Notes under the pieces: generated by a model
The model's input: only the letters and a program-made list of their open reading frames with translations
Databases searched by the model: none
Told to the model about the DNA's origin: nothing
Shown: positions 29,230 to 42,221 of the stretch, one piece after another
Layout: each line of letters begins with the position of its first letter
Numbering within the stretch: position 1 is the stretch's first letter
Made by a program: the position numbers and the translations under genes
Assembly (NCBI RefSeq): GCF_006345805.1
Contig: NC_042997.1
Location: 98,146,001-98,210,000 of the forward strand
Direction: 5' to 3'
Source of the DNA: Octopus sinensis
Taxonomy: Eukaryota
DNA: 64,000 nucleotides

Positions 29230-29365
29230 ATATATATATATATATGTATGTATATATATATATGTATGTATGTATATATATATATGTATGTTGTTATATA
29301 TATATATATTGTATGTATGTATATATATATATATATGTAGTATGTATATATATATATGTATGTAT

Positions 29366-29403
<38 letters not shown>

Positions 29404-29778
29404 ATATATATATATATGTATGTATATATATATATTATGTATGTATGATTATATATATATATATAATATTGTATGTATGTATGTATATATATATATATGT
29501 ATGTATGTATGTATATATATATGTATGTATGTATGTAATATATATATATGTATGTATATATATCTTATATGTATGTATGTATAATATATGTATATATATA
29601 TGTATGTATAGATATATGTATGTATGTATATATTATATGTATGTATTATATATATATATATATGTATGTATAATATATGTAATATGTATGTATATATATA
29701 TTGTATGTATGTATATATATATATATATATAATATATATATATGTATGTATATATAGTATGTATATATATATATATAT
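28033..29778. repeat. Long (TA)n/(TATG)n microsatellite array
   Basis: Direct reading; a further TA array lies at 27545-27811. Confidence 0.98.
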
Positions 29779-32318
29779 TATGTGAAACTCAGTATGTGAA
29801 ACTCAGTATGTGAAACTCAAATTGTACACATAAGGCAACTGAATATCGTCATATGCACTACATATCACCCACCAGATGCCCCAAAACACTCAGGCATGTT
29901 TGAAGACTGCCTAAAAAAAATAGGTGAAATCCTCACCAACCTTGAACAAGACAACAGTGTATTCTTCATAGGTGACTTTAACCTCCCCAACGTGGAATGG
30001 CCTGGGGGGCAGATGCTCCCAGGGATGACACACCATCAGCAGGCACAGGTGGTGTCCCTGCTCCATCTCACAAATGCCTCTTTCATGGAGCAAATAGTTC
30101 TGCAACCAACAAGGGCAGATAATATACTGGATCTCTGCTTCACAAACAATATGGATATTATCCATAATGTTAATGTGATGCCGACAATGATCTCGGATCA
30201 CAACATAATAGAGCTGTCTATGTATGGAATAAAAGCTCCCGTAGACACACAGCCTATACGAAGCATCCACCATCTCTCCAACTTAAACTTTCATAAAGCC
30301 AACTGGAAGTTGATTGAGAAAGAGATCCTCAAACAGGATTGGCCTGAATGTCTCCACACCGGACATAACATTAAAACAAAACACTTCATGTCCATAATAC
30401 AAGCCATATGTGACAAATATGTCCCAGTATGCAGGGCCAGCACACACAAGAACAAAAACAGGATCCCTAGAGAAAGGAGGATTCTTAGGAGACGACGGAC
30501 AAGGATTGCGAACCGCCTGAGCAAGCACCCCAAAAGTGGTGAGAAGTCTCGGCTCGAAAGAATGCTAATGGAAACTGAGAAAAGTCTACATCAGTCCCAT
30601 GAAAAAGAGAGAGCAGATAAAGAAGCTTGGGTAATAGAAAATTTTTTTAAAAAATAGAAAATATAAAATCAAACCCTAAAGCTTTCTTTAAGTTTGCCAA
30701 AGAGACAGCCACAGTGCACCAGAGAATAGGACCTCTCTTCCAAAAAGATGGCTCTCTCACAGGAAGTCCCACGAGGATAAGTGAAATACTGAACGAACAG
30801 TTCCAAAGTGTGTTCACTACACCTCTAGGACACAGGTAAGTAAACAACCCAGAAGAATTCTTTGCCACTTTACCTGCGGCCAAAGAGGCAAAAATTGAGT
30901 ACATCAACATCGAAGATGATGATATCACACTAGCCATAGATGAGATTGACACAAACTCAGCTGCTGGACCTGATGGATTCCCAGCGATCCTTCTCAAATC
31001 GTGCAAACGAGCCCTTGCAAAACCGCTACATCTTCTTTTTCAGAGCTTTCTTGCAAGTGGTAAGCTCCCAGTCAAATTGAAAGATGGGGTAATATGCCCT
31101 ATCCATAAGGGAGGTAGCAGAGCAGATGCTAAAAATTATAGGCTTATCTCTCTGACCTCACACATCAGCAAAGTCATGGAACGAATAGTCCGTAAGAAAC
31201 TAATCATGTACCTTGAAGAAAATGACACCCAGCATGGATTTCGACCAGGTAGAGGCTGCCTAACACAGCTCCTGCAACACTATGACTGGGTGTTGAAACA
31301 GCTACTAAATGGCTCAAATGTGGATGGCTCAAAAGCTTTTGATTAGGTCGACCATGGTATGATCTGTCACAAACTGCGTGGTCTCGGCATAGGCGGAAAA
31401 CTTGGAGAGTGGCTGCACAACTTCCTAAAAGACAGAAAACAAGCAGTTGCGAGCAATGGAACCACCTCCAAGGAAACGCAAATAACAAGCGGTGTCCCAC
31501 AGGGCACTGTCTTGGGGCCACTGATGTTAATAGTGGCCCTTTCAGACATGCCTTCTGTTGCTATGATGACCACCCTTGCTAGCTATGCAGATGACACAAA
31601 AGTCTCTCACGCAATACAAAACCCTGAAAATATTGTGCATCTGCAACAGGAGCTGGACACAATATACAGGTGGGCTGAGGACAACAACATGCAGTTTAAT
31701 GCAGGTAAGTTCCAGGCCCTGCGCTACTGGCACACAAAGGTAAACGACGTGCAGACTGGATACACTGGCCCAGGAAGAATTGCAATCCCTGAGTCAAAAT
31801 CAGTGCGTGACCTGGGCATTGACATGAGCAATGATGCATCTCTTTCCAAGTGGATATTGCTAATCTGGTGATAAAATGCAGACGGCTAGCTGGATGGATT
31901 CTCCGAACTTTCAGAACAAGAGAGAAGGAGACACTGATGGTCCTATGGAAAACATTCGTCCTCAGCCGCTTGGACTACTGCTCCCAACTGTGGTCGCCAC
32001 ACAATATAAAACTAACAGCAGAACTCGAAGCAATTCAGAGAAGCTACACAAAGAAAATCGTCTCAATGCAAAATATCAGCTACTGGGAAAGACTGAAGGT
32101 ATTAAACCACTTCTCCCTAGAGCGGAGGCGGGAGAGATATGCGGTGATATACATCTGGAAAATCCTGGAGGGTCTTGTCCCAAACTTTGGCATTCAAAGT
32201 TACCCCAACTGCTGAATGGGGCGCCACTGCATGGGAGGATGTTAAAGAGCTGTAGTCCTCTGAAACCCAAGCTGTTGCAGTATCTGGACCTGTATTTTGA
32301 TGGTGATGTTGGCACATA
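29779..32318 (+). pseudogene. CR1-group LINE copy C (diverged subfamily; endonuclease C-terminal part + RT), multiply disrupted, 3' UTR missing
   Basis: YHPP, IGDFNLP, PTRADNILDL, AAGPDG, QHGFRPGRGCLTQLL, SGVPQGTVLGP, YADDTK, FSLERRRERYAVIYIWKILEG. The last ~85 bp are inverted. Confidence 0.93.
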
Positions 32319-32783
32319 TTCATGTAATTTGTAATTTTATATGTTCATGTAATTTGTATTTTTTTTTTAAAAATTACATGAACATATATAAACAGAAGAT
32401 ACAAATATTACAGGCATCCCCCCACATACACACACTAAATAAACATGAACGCACATAGAAATATAAGCATGCGCAAATGAAGACATACAATAGAAATACA
32501 AAATGGCTGACGGTTAGTAAGGAGAGACACAAATAAGAAAGAAGAAAACAAAGGACCACTGATGCGGTCACAGGAGTGTGACGAAAGAACTCTGGCCGAA
32601 ATAAGATTAAGATTAATGTAAAAAATAAATAACACTGAAGCAAAATAACACCAAATATATAGTGCGTGTGTTTTATTGGCTAAACTGGCAATATGACTAT
32701 TCCGAAATATAACAATATCTGTTTCAACACACGACTTCACATAAAAAATCTTGCACAACAAATATTTAAACGTACTATGTATA

Positions 32784-32822
<39 letters not shown>

Positions 32823-33105
32823 TATTTATATGTATGTATAATATATGTATATGTATGTATATATATGTATGTATATTGTATGTATATATATATGTATATG
32901 TATGTATATATACGTATATGTGTATATATATGTATATGTGTATATATATGTATATATATATATGTACGTATATATATGTGTATATTATATATATATATAT
33001 ATGTACGTATATATTATATTGTACGTATATAGTAAGTATATATGTACGTATATATATATATATGTCGTATATATATGTATATATGTACGTTATATATAAT
33101 ATGTA

Positions 33106-33181
<76 letters not shown>

Positions 33182-33195
33182 CTCACACGCACAAT

Positions 33196-33465
33196 TATCA
33201 ATTTCATACACAACCGAAAGAGCTAGTAATAATTTCATGCTTTTATGACAGTTGAACAGGCATAATTACAAAATACACCATGTATCTCAAAGCAATCTTT
33301 CAGGTTGTTTATGTGTCCGTGTTCTCTCTCTATATACATATAACGCATAAACAGAGCCTAAAAGATTGCTTTGAGATACATGGCGTATTTTATAAATAAG
33401 CCAGTTCAAGTATCATAAAAGCATGCAACTATTAGTAGTTCTTCCGGTTGGTTATTAAATTGATA
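33196..33465. mobile_element. MITE-like fold-back element (~105-bp imperfect arms)
   Basis: Inner 31 bp (33270-33300 / 33361-33391) have one mismatch; pairing continues outward with mismatches to tatcaattt / aaattgata. Confidence 0.7.
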
Positions 33466-33798
33466 TTTATCTCCCACTGGATGGTGTACCTTATTTGTTG
33501 ATTCTACCTCTAATAGATCTATAAGCGATCTCTCTCTCTCTTTTCCCCTCTCTCTCTTTCCCCATCTCTCTCTCGATATATATATATGTTTTGTGTGTGG
33601 CTGATAATATGTGAGCTGAACGATTATATAGGAACCCTATCAGTGTCTCAATCGTAATGGCAACTGCGCATCAGTTGCGTCGGTAGCCAATCTGCTTCGG
33701 GAGATATCGTGGGAGCGCTGAAGTTTATAATAAATATGAAATATATATTTTAGTTTTAAGTGAAATAATTCTATGGTGATTAGTGGATACGATATGTA

Positions 33799-33851
<53 letters not shown>

Positions 33852-33861
33852 TACAGATATA

Positions 33862-34515
33862 TAGGTGGTCTGATCAATAAGTTTCTAGAATGCTGTTATA
33901 GTAACGAAGCGAAAGCACGCAGAGTAAAACTGCTTGGCGTAGATCGACTCTGCTGTGCATGCGCGCTAAGTTTTAACGTTTTAGCTCTCTTCCGCTGTTA
34001 ACAGCAGTGCTTGAAAGGAAAGTGTGTAGTGTGTGATCGTCGCATTGACCATGACAGAGAAAGTTGAACAGAGAATCCGCATCAAATTTTGACGAAAGCT
34101 TGGTCGTTCATGCTCAGAGGCCTACACAAAGTTTTCAAAACGTTTTCACCGTTCTCGACACAATCGAAGAGATTTTGTGCAACTGGAATCCGTGTGTCCT
34201 TTTGGTTAGCTGAAAGCAGTTTTAGCATAAACTTGGCAGACACGCATCTTATACCCAAATTTTCAGTGATAATGGACTGAACCGTAACTAATCTGAACAT
34301 CCTCTGATCACACATGGATGGTGGATAGATGATTTCGCTTCACAGCTGCATGCACATCTACGATGTTTTCCTCAGTTATGCTGGTTGCGGGTCTCCCAGA
34401 ACATTCGTCATTTTATCGTAGACTTATGTGCGGCTCGTACACTCCCTTCCATACACTTTCTGCAACTCTGCATAGGCCTCTGAGCAGGTATCACCATGAC
34501 AACTTTCTCTCCCAT
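33862..34515. mobile_element. Mariner transposon remnants: left end + N-terminus on plus (33862-34112) and an N-terminal/HTH fragment on minus (34118-34515)
   Basis: TA-GGTGGTCTGATCAATAAG end; MTEKVEQRIRIKF*RKLGRSCSEAYTK on plus; IITENLGIRCVSAKF..KLL..NQKDTR...QNLFDCVENGENVLK on minus. Confidence 0.8.
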
Positions 34516-34927
34516 GGTTAATGCGACGGTCACACAACTAAGTGCTGATTAACCTGGTACCGGTTTGGAAATTTAGCGCCAAATCGGTGCCCAATTTATC
34601 CCCAACCAAAATTTGCCAGTTAAATTACTACTAACATTCTCCCCCACCATGACTGCAAAAGTTCGATTGAAGTACTATAGCAACAAAGGAAACTTTTTCC
34701 CATCGTGTCAGTAATAGGTTTGTGACTATTCGGTGATACAGAAGTATTTTTTGGCTTCTATTTTTAGCGATATAGGTACTCATGTAGTACCCTTGTGTAT
34801 ATACATATCGTATATGTACATATCTAATATTGTATATATAAATTTTATGCATACATAGATACATAGATACATATATACATAGATACATAGATACATACAT
34901 ACATACATACATACATACTTACATACA

Positions 34928-35203
34928 TACATTTAAAGTGGGGGGAAACCAGTTTATGGGATTACTCTGAGTTTCCCGTCCTTAAAGTATTTAATTTTAT
35001 GGCGTATCGTCAGACTCGAAAACATGCTGGGCTAAGACCTACCCTATTGTTTACCTTTGTAGCGAGGCTTCCTTCACGCCATATTCTGAAGAGGTCTCAG
35101 GCCAACAGGTTTTGGGATCTGACGATACGCCATAAAACTAAATATTCTATGGACGGGAAACCCAGGGCAATCTCATAAACCGGCCTTCCCCACTTTTAAT
35201 GTA
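34928..35203. mobile_element. MITE-like element with ~113-bp terminal inverted repeats
   Basis: 34928-35040 is the imperfect reverse complement of 35092-35203 (core ttttatggcgtatcgtcaga / tctgacgatacgccataaaa is perfect); 51-nt spacer. Confidence 0.8.
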
Positions 35204-35250
35204 CACTGCCCTACATCTTAGAGTGTACTTCGCATTTATGTTTTTCTACA

Positions 35251-35315
<65 letters not shown>

Positions 35316-35337
35316 CACACACACATAGACATAGACT

Positions 35338-35392
<55 letters not shown>

Positions 35393-35517
35393 GGGCGAGT
35401 AGTAGGACAAATATATAGGTCGATCATTTAATGCATCCATTTCTCTTGGGTGAAACAAATGCTATTACTGGTGGAAGAGCTCCACAATCGTCTGAATAGA
35501 ACCTAATATATACATAC

Positions 35518-35579
<62 letters not shown>

Positions 35580-35580
35580 G

Positions 35581-35654
<74 letters not shown>

Positions 35655-35747
35655 CATTATATATATATTATACATATATATATATATGTATATATATATA
35701 TACATATATATATACATATATATATATTATACATATATATATATACG

Positions 35748-35829
<82 letters not shown>

Positions 35830-35842
35830 TATATACATATTA

Positions 35843-35873
<31 letters not shown>

Positions 35874-36600
35874 GTACGTATATATATATACATATATATA
35901 TACACACACACATATATATATATATATTCATATTACTACTCCTACTATCACCACATATTTTGACCGATATTTCTGTTGAGACATGGAATCAGAAATGTGA
36001 GTTGGCGTACCACATATGTACGGTCAGTCTGCGCTTGACAGTCTAAGCTTCTTTTCCTCAGCTCGAATATCTGTTCTGCCTTCTTGATTTTTTTTCTTTC
36101 TTTTGTATCAATTAGTAATTACGCGTCACATATTCGCTCATGTCTGTGCCATCTGTACTACCAGTTTCTTAACTCCTCCTAGCTGCATTTCAGAGTGCAG
36201 CTTCTCACACCAAAGTCAATATATTGAAAGGCTGCTACTGCAGCGTCTATGTCAGAGTCTCCTGCTGCCACACTAACGCCGATTCTTCCATGAAATAATG
36301 TGAATACAGCCTAGCACCTTATGTGTTATACAGTGTCCTTCTCTCAAATGTTTGCTCGCACACGTTTTAGTTCCTTTTGTGACTTACTCGTTTACCCATT
36401 AATTCACACTTTCATTTATCAACCAACTCAACATTATTCTTCCACTCACTCAGAAACTCATTCACTCTCTTACTGATTCATCCTCTTATTTTACCTACTT
36501 TTTTTGAATAAAAAATTACTGATTCACTCACTCATTCACAGAGTCGCTCACAAAATCACTCATTAATTCCAGTCATTCGTTCATCTCTTCATTCTTTCTT

Positions 36601-36642
<42 letters not shown>

Positions 36643-36866
36643 GCACACGCACTCTTATATTTTCGTTTTCTTAGACAACACTCTTTTCAGATATCATTTT
36701 TTTTAACGTTCGCCTAGTCGTTTATCTCCTTTTATATTCCCTCACAATATATATATTCACCTACTGCTGATATATACACACACACATAGATTTGTGTGTC
36801 TGTGTATACGTACACACACACACACACATAGACATACTTACAAATATACACGCACGCACACGCACA

Positions 36867-36904
<38 letters not shown>

Positions 36905-37358
36905 GCAAACACATATATGCACACACATAACTGTTTTTGTTCTGATATTTTTCTTTGTTTTTCGTTATTTATACACTTTTTTTAGTCTTGCCTTTTTTCC
37001 TTGTATTTCTTCCCAATTCTCTTTTCCTCCTTCCGTTCCCCATTTACCCTTCTCACTATCTCACTCGTTCGCTATGTTTATCTCTTTTAGACTTGTTTTC
37101 TCTTTGGTGCTAATTTTGTTCTATCCTCTTTTTCTTCTATTCTTCCATCGCTTATTCACTCCGTGTTTCTCATCCTTCTTTCTTTCATTCTTTGAAACAT
37201 TCAATTTCTCAAATACCAACCAAGTCCTTCATTCTAAGAACTGCTATAATCTAGCATTACCCTTTTATGGTTTTGTTTTTGTCTCACTTTATTGTTTTCT
37301 TTTCGTTGCTTGTTGTGTCCTACCATTTTGTTAATTAAGTACTTGGATATCATCTTAC

Positions 37359-37493
37359 CAAGCTGATGCAGCACAATTAATCCGGATTATCACTGGATTT
37401 CTTATTAAACTGCCTATGTGTTTCATATAGACAGCGATGTATAGATTTTCAAATTGTGCCTCAAAAGCGTTGATGTCACTTGTCTGCGAGAAC
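37359..37493 (-). CDS. Candidate internal exon of an unidentified host gene (phase 2-2, 135 nt)
   Basis: Minus strand: acceptor cctttaacctttgcag|G and donor TTG|gtaaga. One frame is open (FSQTSDINAFEAQFENLYIAVYMKHIGSLIRNPVIIRINCAASA); the other two are closed. No homology recognised. Confidence 0.4.
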
Positions 37494-39234
37494 CTGCAAA
37501 GGTTAAAGGTAGTACCCATCCTTTTTTTTAGTAAATTCCCTCATTCTGAATTAAAAAATAACAGTAAAATCCGTCTACATCCTTTCCTATTCTTTCATTA
37601 TCTCATCCATTATGCTTCACCATTTCATTGCGTAGTTCAAATCCAGCTGTTGCCCACGCTGTCTTTTATCAATATCTGCGTGGATTAAAGAAATATGTAC
37701 CAGGAATATACTAGGTTGTGATGACGGTTCAGTCTAATGTCTCTAAAATCTAAAAAGACTTTGGGTCTCAAAAATATTATTTGGTTTCTGCTTATGCCAC
37801 TCCTCTGATTTTTCTGTTTTATCTCTTCTTGTGTTTTCCAAATGTTAATCTCTCTCTCACACACACACATACACACACACACAGGGCGAGAGAGAGGAGA
37901 GAGAGTGAGAGAGAAGAGAGAGCGAGAGAGAGCATACTTACACACATGCACACAAAATTAGAGAGACACACACTCTCTCTTACATATAGATGTTTCCAAT
38001 ACGTGTTTCTTTTCCTCTTTGCTTTATACGACGGTATGGCTGTATGATTGAGAAGTTTGTTTCACAGTAACAAGTTCAGGGTTTGTTTTCACTGCATGAC
38101 ATCTCAAATATGTCTTCTACCGAGGCTCTGTTTCCCTCAATGCATCTGTGTGAAAATGGTCAGAGCGAAAATGTATGGAAGTCCCCTTGATGGACTACAT
38201 TTCCTCTTGACCTTTACTCGATTTAACATAACAATGTTCGTAATCATTTGGGCCAAAACTCCAGTGTAAAGATAACCAATGGACGTTATTCATTTTGCTT
38301 CCTTTATTTGCAGGGTCCCTTCGGAATATCCAAAGACACAAGCTTTCCTCTTATGGCTCATCTATAAAACTGTATTTTCTAGTTTAAGTGCTGATAAATT
38401 CACTAACAGCACAAAAGGATCCAACGTCTTAAGAAAGAGTAAATGAACTATCAGCTAGAAATTGCAACCAGATCTTTAAATCACACCTTTCCCCCTTTAG
38501 AAAATTCAGATATCAGATAAAGCAATCTCAAATACACTGAAGAGAAAAAGAAAGAATAGACACGACTGGAATACATTTAATCAGGGTTAACCGAGGAAGT
38601 GGCACCAATTGTAACAGCATAACCTATTAAGGACGAAATTATCCAGATGCTGTTCCTATAATAGTATCCTTTACTGAATCATACTGAGATTAGAAATAGT
38701 TGCTAAAAAAATTACTTCACCTCTGTTTCAATCCACGACATCACAAATCACATGCGTCCTTAAGGTTTTCATGTTTGTATATTGTTACATATAATGATAC
38801 GGATTTTCCTTCTTGAAATCATTTAACCAGTCTTATCACATGGAAGAATTACGCGTTTAGAGAACTAAGTCAAAGAGTCGGTCTTGATTTCTGATTGATG
38901 GTAACTTAACTTTCATTGATTACATTACTAATTAGGTATTCTTGTGACTAAGATGTAAGTCTATTAACAGTGCTGCAATGCATGTACAACTGGAGTGCAT
39001 TCATTGTGTGCTACACATTTACAGTAATGTACTTATTGGAAGGCTGTGGATCACTAGTGCTCTGTCTTTCTTACGCCAACTATTGTCTCACTCACAAACA
39101 CCACACTATCATGTTTTCCCCCTAAGCATTGGTTTATATTAAGCTGAACATAAAGCACATTAATTTCATTAGTTTAATCTTACAAAAGGTTCCGGTACGA
39201 GTCTTCCCTGGGTTAGTAAATATTTGTTTAAATT

Positions 39235-39437
39235 ATGAAATTTTGGCTCAAGGCCAGCAATTTTAGAAAGAGAGTGTTAGTCAATTACCTCTGCTGGTAT
39301 TTCTTTTATCGTCCTTGAAAAGACGATAGTCAAAGTCGACCTCACCAAAATTTGAACTTAAAACATAATGAACTGCAAGAAATGTTGCTAAGCATTTTAT
39401 CCAATGGGTTAATAATTCAATCAGCTCGTCGCCTTAG
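39235..39437 (-). mobile_element. Degraded SINE family 2 copy
   Basis: caaagtcgacctc...atttgaact....cagctcgtcgcctta is the reverse complement of the family head. Confidence 0.7.
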
Positions 39438-40444
39438 GATGACTAAATAATAAGGAAAAGACATCATATTTTTTTACAATTAGAAAGTTAAGTGGATTAG
39501 CCCCAGATTTAATCCAGCGTTGTAGTAGTTCATTTGCAAAATATGAATTTTTGAGATTCGTCTTTAAATTGAAAATCAACTGTTTGATTCCAAAAACTTA
39601 CAAGGAACACAAAATAAAACAGGAAAATTATCTCTAGTAGATTATCAAACTATTTTTCGAATAGCTAGTTTTTCACTATAAGTTCTATGAAATAAGCCCA
39701 TTCAGAGATTCGGAAATACTAAATTATAACACTTTCTGACGTTCGCTTGGCCATATATTAAGAGTAAATGATGTTGTCGTTTTAATCGACCCAAGTACTT
39801 GAATGGAATTTATGTCATGGATCCCAGAAAGGTGAAATGACAAACGCCTCGCTCGCAACATTAAAACTCTGAACGTGGAGTGATGTTACTGAATACCATA
39901 AGGCATTTTTTCTTTTGTTCATCACTCTGCCTGTTCTGCTTAGCCAGCGCTCTGAGCTCAATAGTAACAACATCAACAGCTGGTCATTATTTCATCATTC
40001 CCTGAAAGCTGAAATGAAAAATTGACGAATTATGAATGATAAAGTTTAGTTGTTGAACAGCTGATTTATTTCTACAACATCCAGATTAAGAACACATTAA
40101 ATTGCAATATAATTCCCCACCCCGTAACACGCCACTGAATAATTCTTCTTTATATGGTGTGTTATGAGCAAATTACCCTTCTAACTAATGGAGCAGGTTC
40201 GAATTAATAGCCATAAAGATTGTGCTTTTTAAAGAAAGAAGAAAAACTAAATGTGGAAGTTTGTGACATATTTTCGCAAGTGCTAAAGCTATAAAAAATA
40301 AAATAAAATAGTCTAAAATAACAATAAATGTGGGTTCCGAACCCAGCCTACTGGGAACTTTACTCTCGGTAACTCGTTTAAATTGAGTAATTATTTGAAA
40401 ACGTTAATTTCTAAACAGATATTGCAATTTTTAAAGTGAATATC

Positions 40445-40495
<51 letters not shown>

Positions 40496-40523
40496 CAACA
40501 ACAACAATTTATTATTATTATTA

Positions 40524-40580
<57 letters not shown>

Positions 40581-41549
40581 TTAGAATCTTAAGAATTCTG
40601 AAATGTGCAGTTGACAATCGATAATAAAAAAATTGACGTCATTACACTACGAAAATTGCTGGAAATTGGTAAAATATCTGTCAAAATCGGCGACAAAAAT
40701 AATTTCTGTGTAAAAAACGAAGAGTAAAACTTTAATATTGAAAGGCTAGTCAACAATTCTCTTTTCCAATTATCTAGAATCCCTTGTATTTAATTTTTTT
40801 CTTTCTCTTACTTTCATTCTTTTTTTTTCTCTTTTCTTTCATTCTTATCTATTTATCTATCTCGCTTTCTATTTTAATGCGTAATTTTTTTATTTCTAGA
40901 TATGCTTTTATTTTCCCCTTTTTTCTCTTATTTTTTGCGTAATTACCTTTTCTCCATTCTTGTTATTCCTACTAAATTTTTCTCCTTTTCTGTTGTAGCA
41001 CATTGAGATAATTTACTCGTCTCATATTTCATTTAGTTCTGTTATTCTATCATCTTTCGACTATTTTCGATATCTTACTTCTAGGACACACATACATGAT
41101 CTGAGGTACACAACCTTTTTACTCTTTCTCTCTCACTCATATTATTCACATACCCTTTCTCTCTCTCTCTCCACTTTCTCAGTTAAATTTACTGGACTGT
41201 GTAACTTTTGTTGATGTTTTGCGACATGTCCCCTTAGACTACCCCTATTGACATCCCAAACGCTGCAGGTTTTTAACATCAGTGGTTTTCGCAGTGTCAT
41301 CATAATTATTCGATGATCGCTACAGTTTAACGGTAAATCATGGCAAGGCACGTGTACATTCGAGCTGTGGTTCCTCTGTTTGAATTTTAATTACGGTTTA
41401 TCTGAAATAAGTTTTAGAAAATACTTTTCCATTATCTCCTGCTTCTCACTAAGTAATCCGTACATAATTCATAGATTTTTATGCTAGCTAGAAGTTATAA
41501 TAATTTCTAGCATTTACCTAAGCAATAATATTTATGTAGAACGAGATAA

Positions 41550-41900
41550 CATTGAATCCTCAGTTCCACTGCGCAGTACTTTTGACAAGTATCTACTTCT
41601 ACGATAGAACCGGTCGATCAAAGCCTTGTGAATGGATTTGGTAGATGGAAAGCTTGTGGAAGTCCATCGTGTATGTATATGTGTTTGTGTGTGTATATGT
41701 GTATATGTGTGTATTTGTTATGTGGATGTGCGCATGTGAAGACGCGTAGCCTTGTGAATATGGTGGTGCTCTCACGATCATACGATCGTAGTTTCTATTG
41801 TCATGCCGAACGGCGTATTCATTTCACGTTGCTCCTATTAACTCAGCTTTAAATGTGTACCCCTGCAATGGACTGGCGTCCCGCACAAGGGGAATGTTGG
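41550..41900 (+). mobile_element. Degraded SINE remnants (family 1 body followed by a V-domain-like segment)
   Basis: aaagccttgtgaatggatttggtagatggaaa; cctgcaatggactggcgtcccgcacaagggg. Confidence 0.55.
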
Positions 41901-42221
41901 CCCTTCATTTTAGCCAGTAAAGTGGCATCATTTGAAAACTACAACAATGTGACCATGGGTGTGCAACATCTGTTAGTCTATTCACTGCAGTTACACACAC
42001 ACACTCACATGATAATTCAGTTAGGTGTTAAAGAGCCACCTCAGGGATATTAAATATCCAAAAGAACTTAGTGGTTATTTAACTAGATTTGTCATTTGTA
42101 TAGAAATAATAAAATTGAATTGAATTTATCATTTAATAATTAAATTGCTTAATTATTAAATTTTATAATTCTATTATTTCGTTTCCATTTCTAAGATATA
42201 TAATAATAATAATAATAATAA

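Noticed and set aside
29779-29820. Short regular repeat considered as a CRISPR-like array
   Set aside because: 14-bp units with no spacers, in eukaryotic context; it is a LINE junction reiteration.
38290-38450. Strong plus-strand acceptor (cctttatttgcag) as an exon start
   Set aside because: Frames are short or unrecognisable and there is no convincing donor.
40447-40580. (TAA)n followed by (TTA)n forming a long quasi-palindrome
   Set aside because: Simple-repeat juxtaposition with no unique sequence in the arms; no functional claim is supportable.
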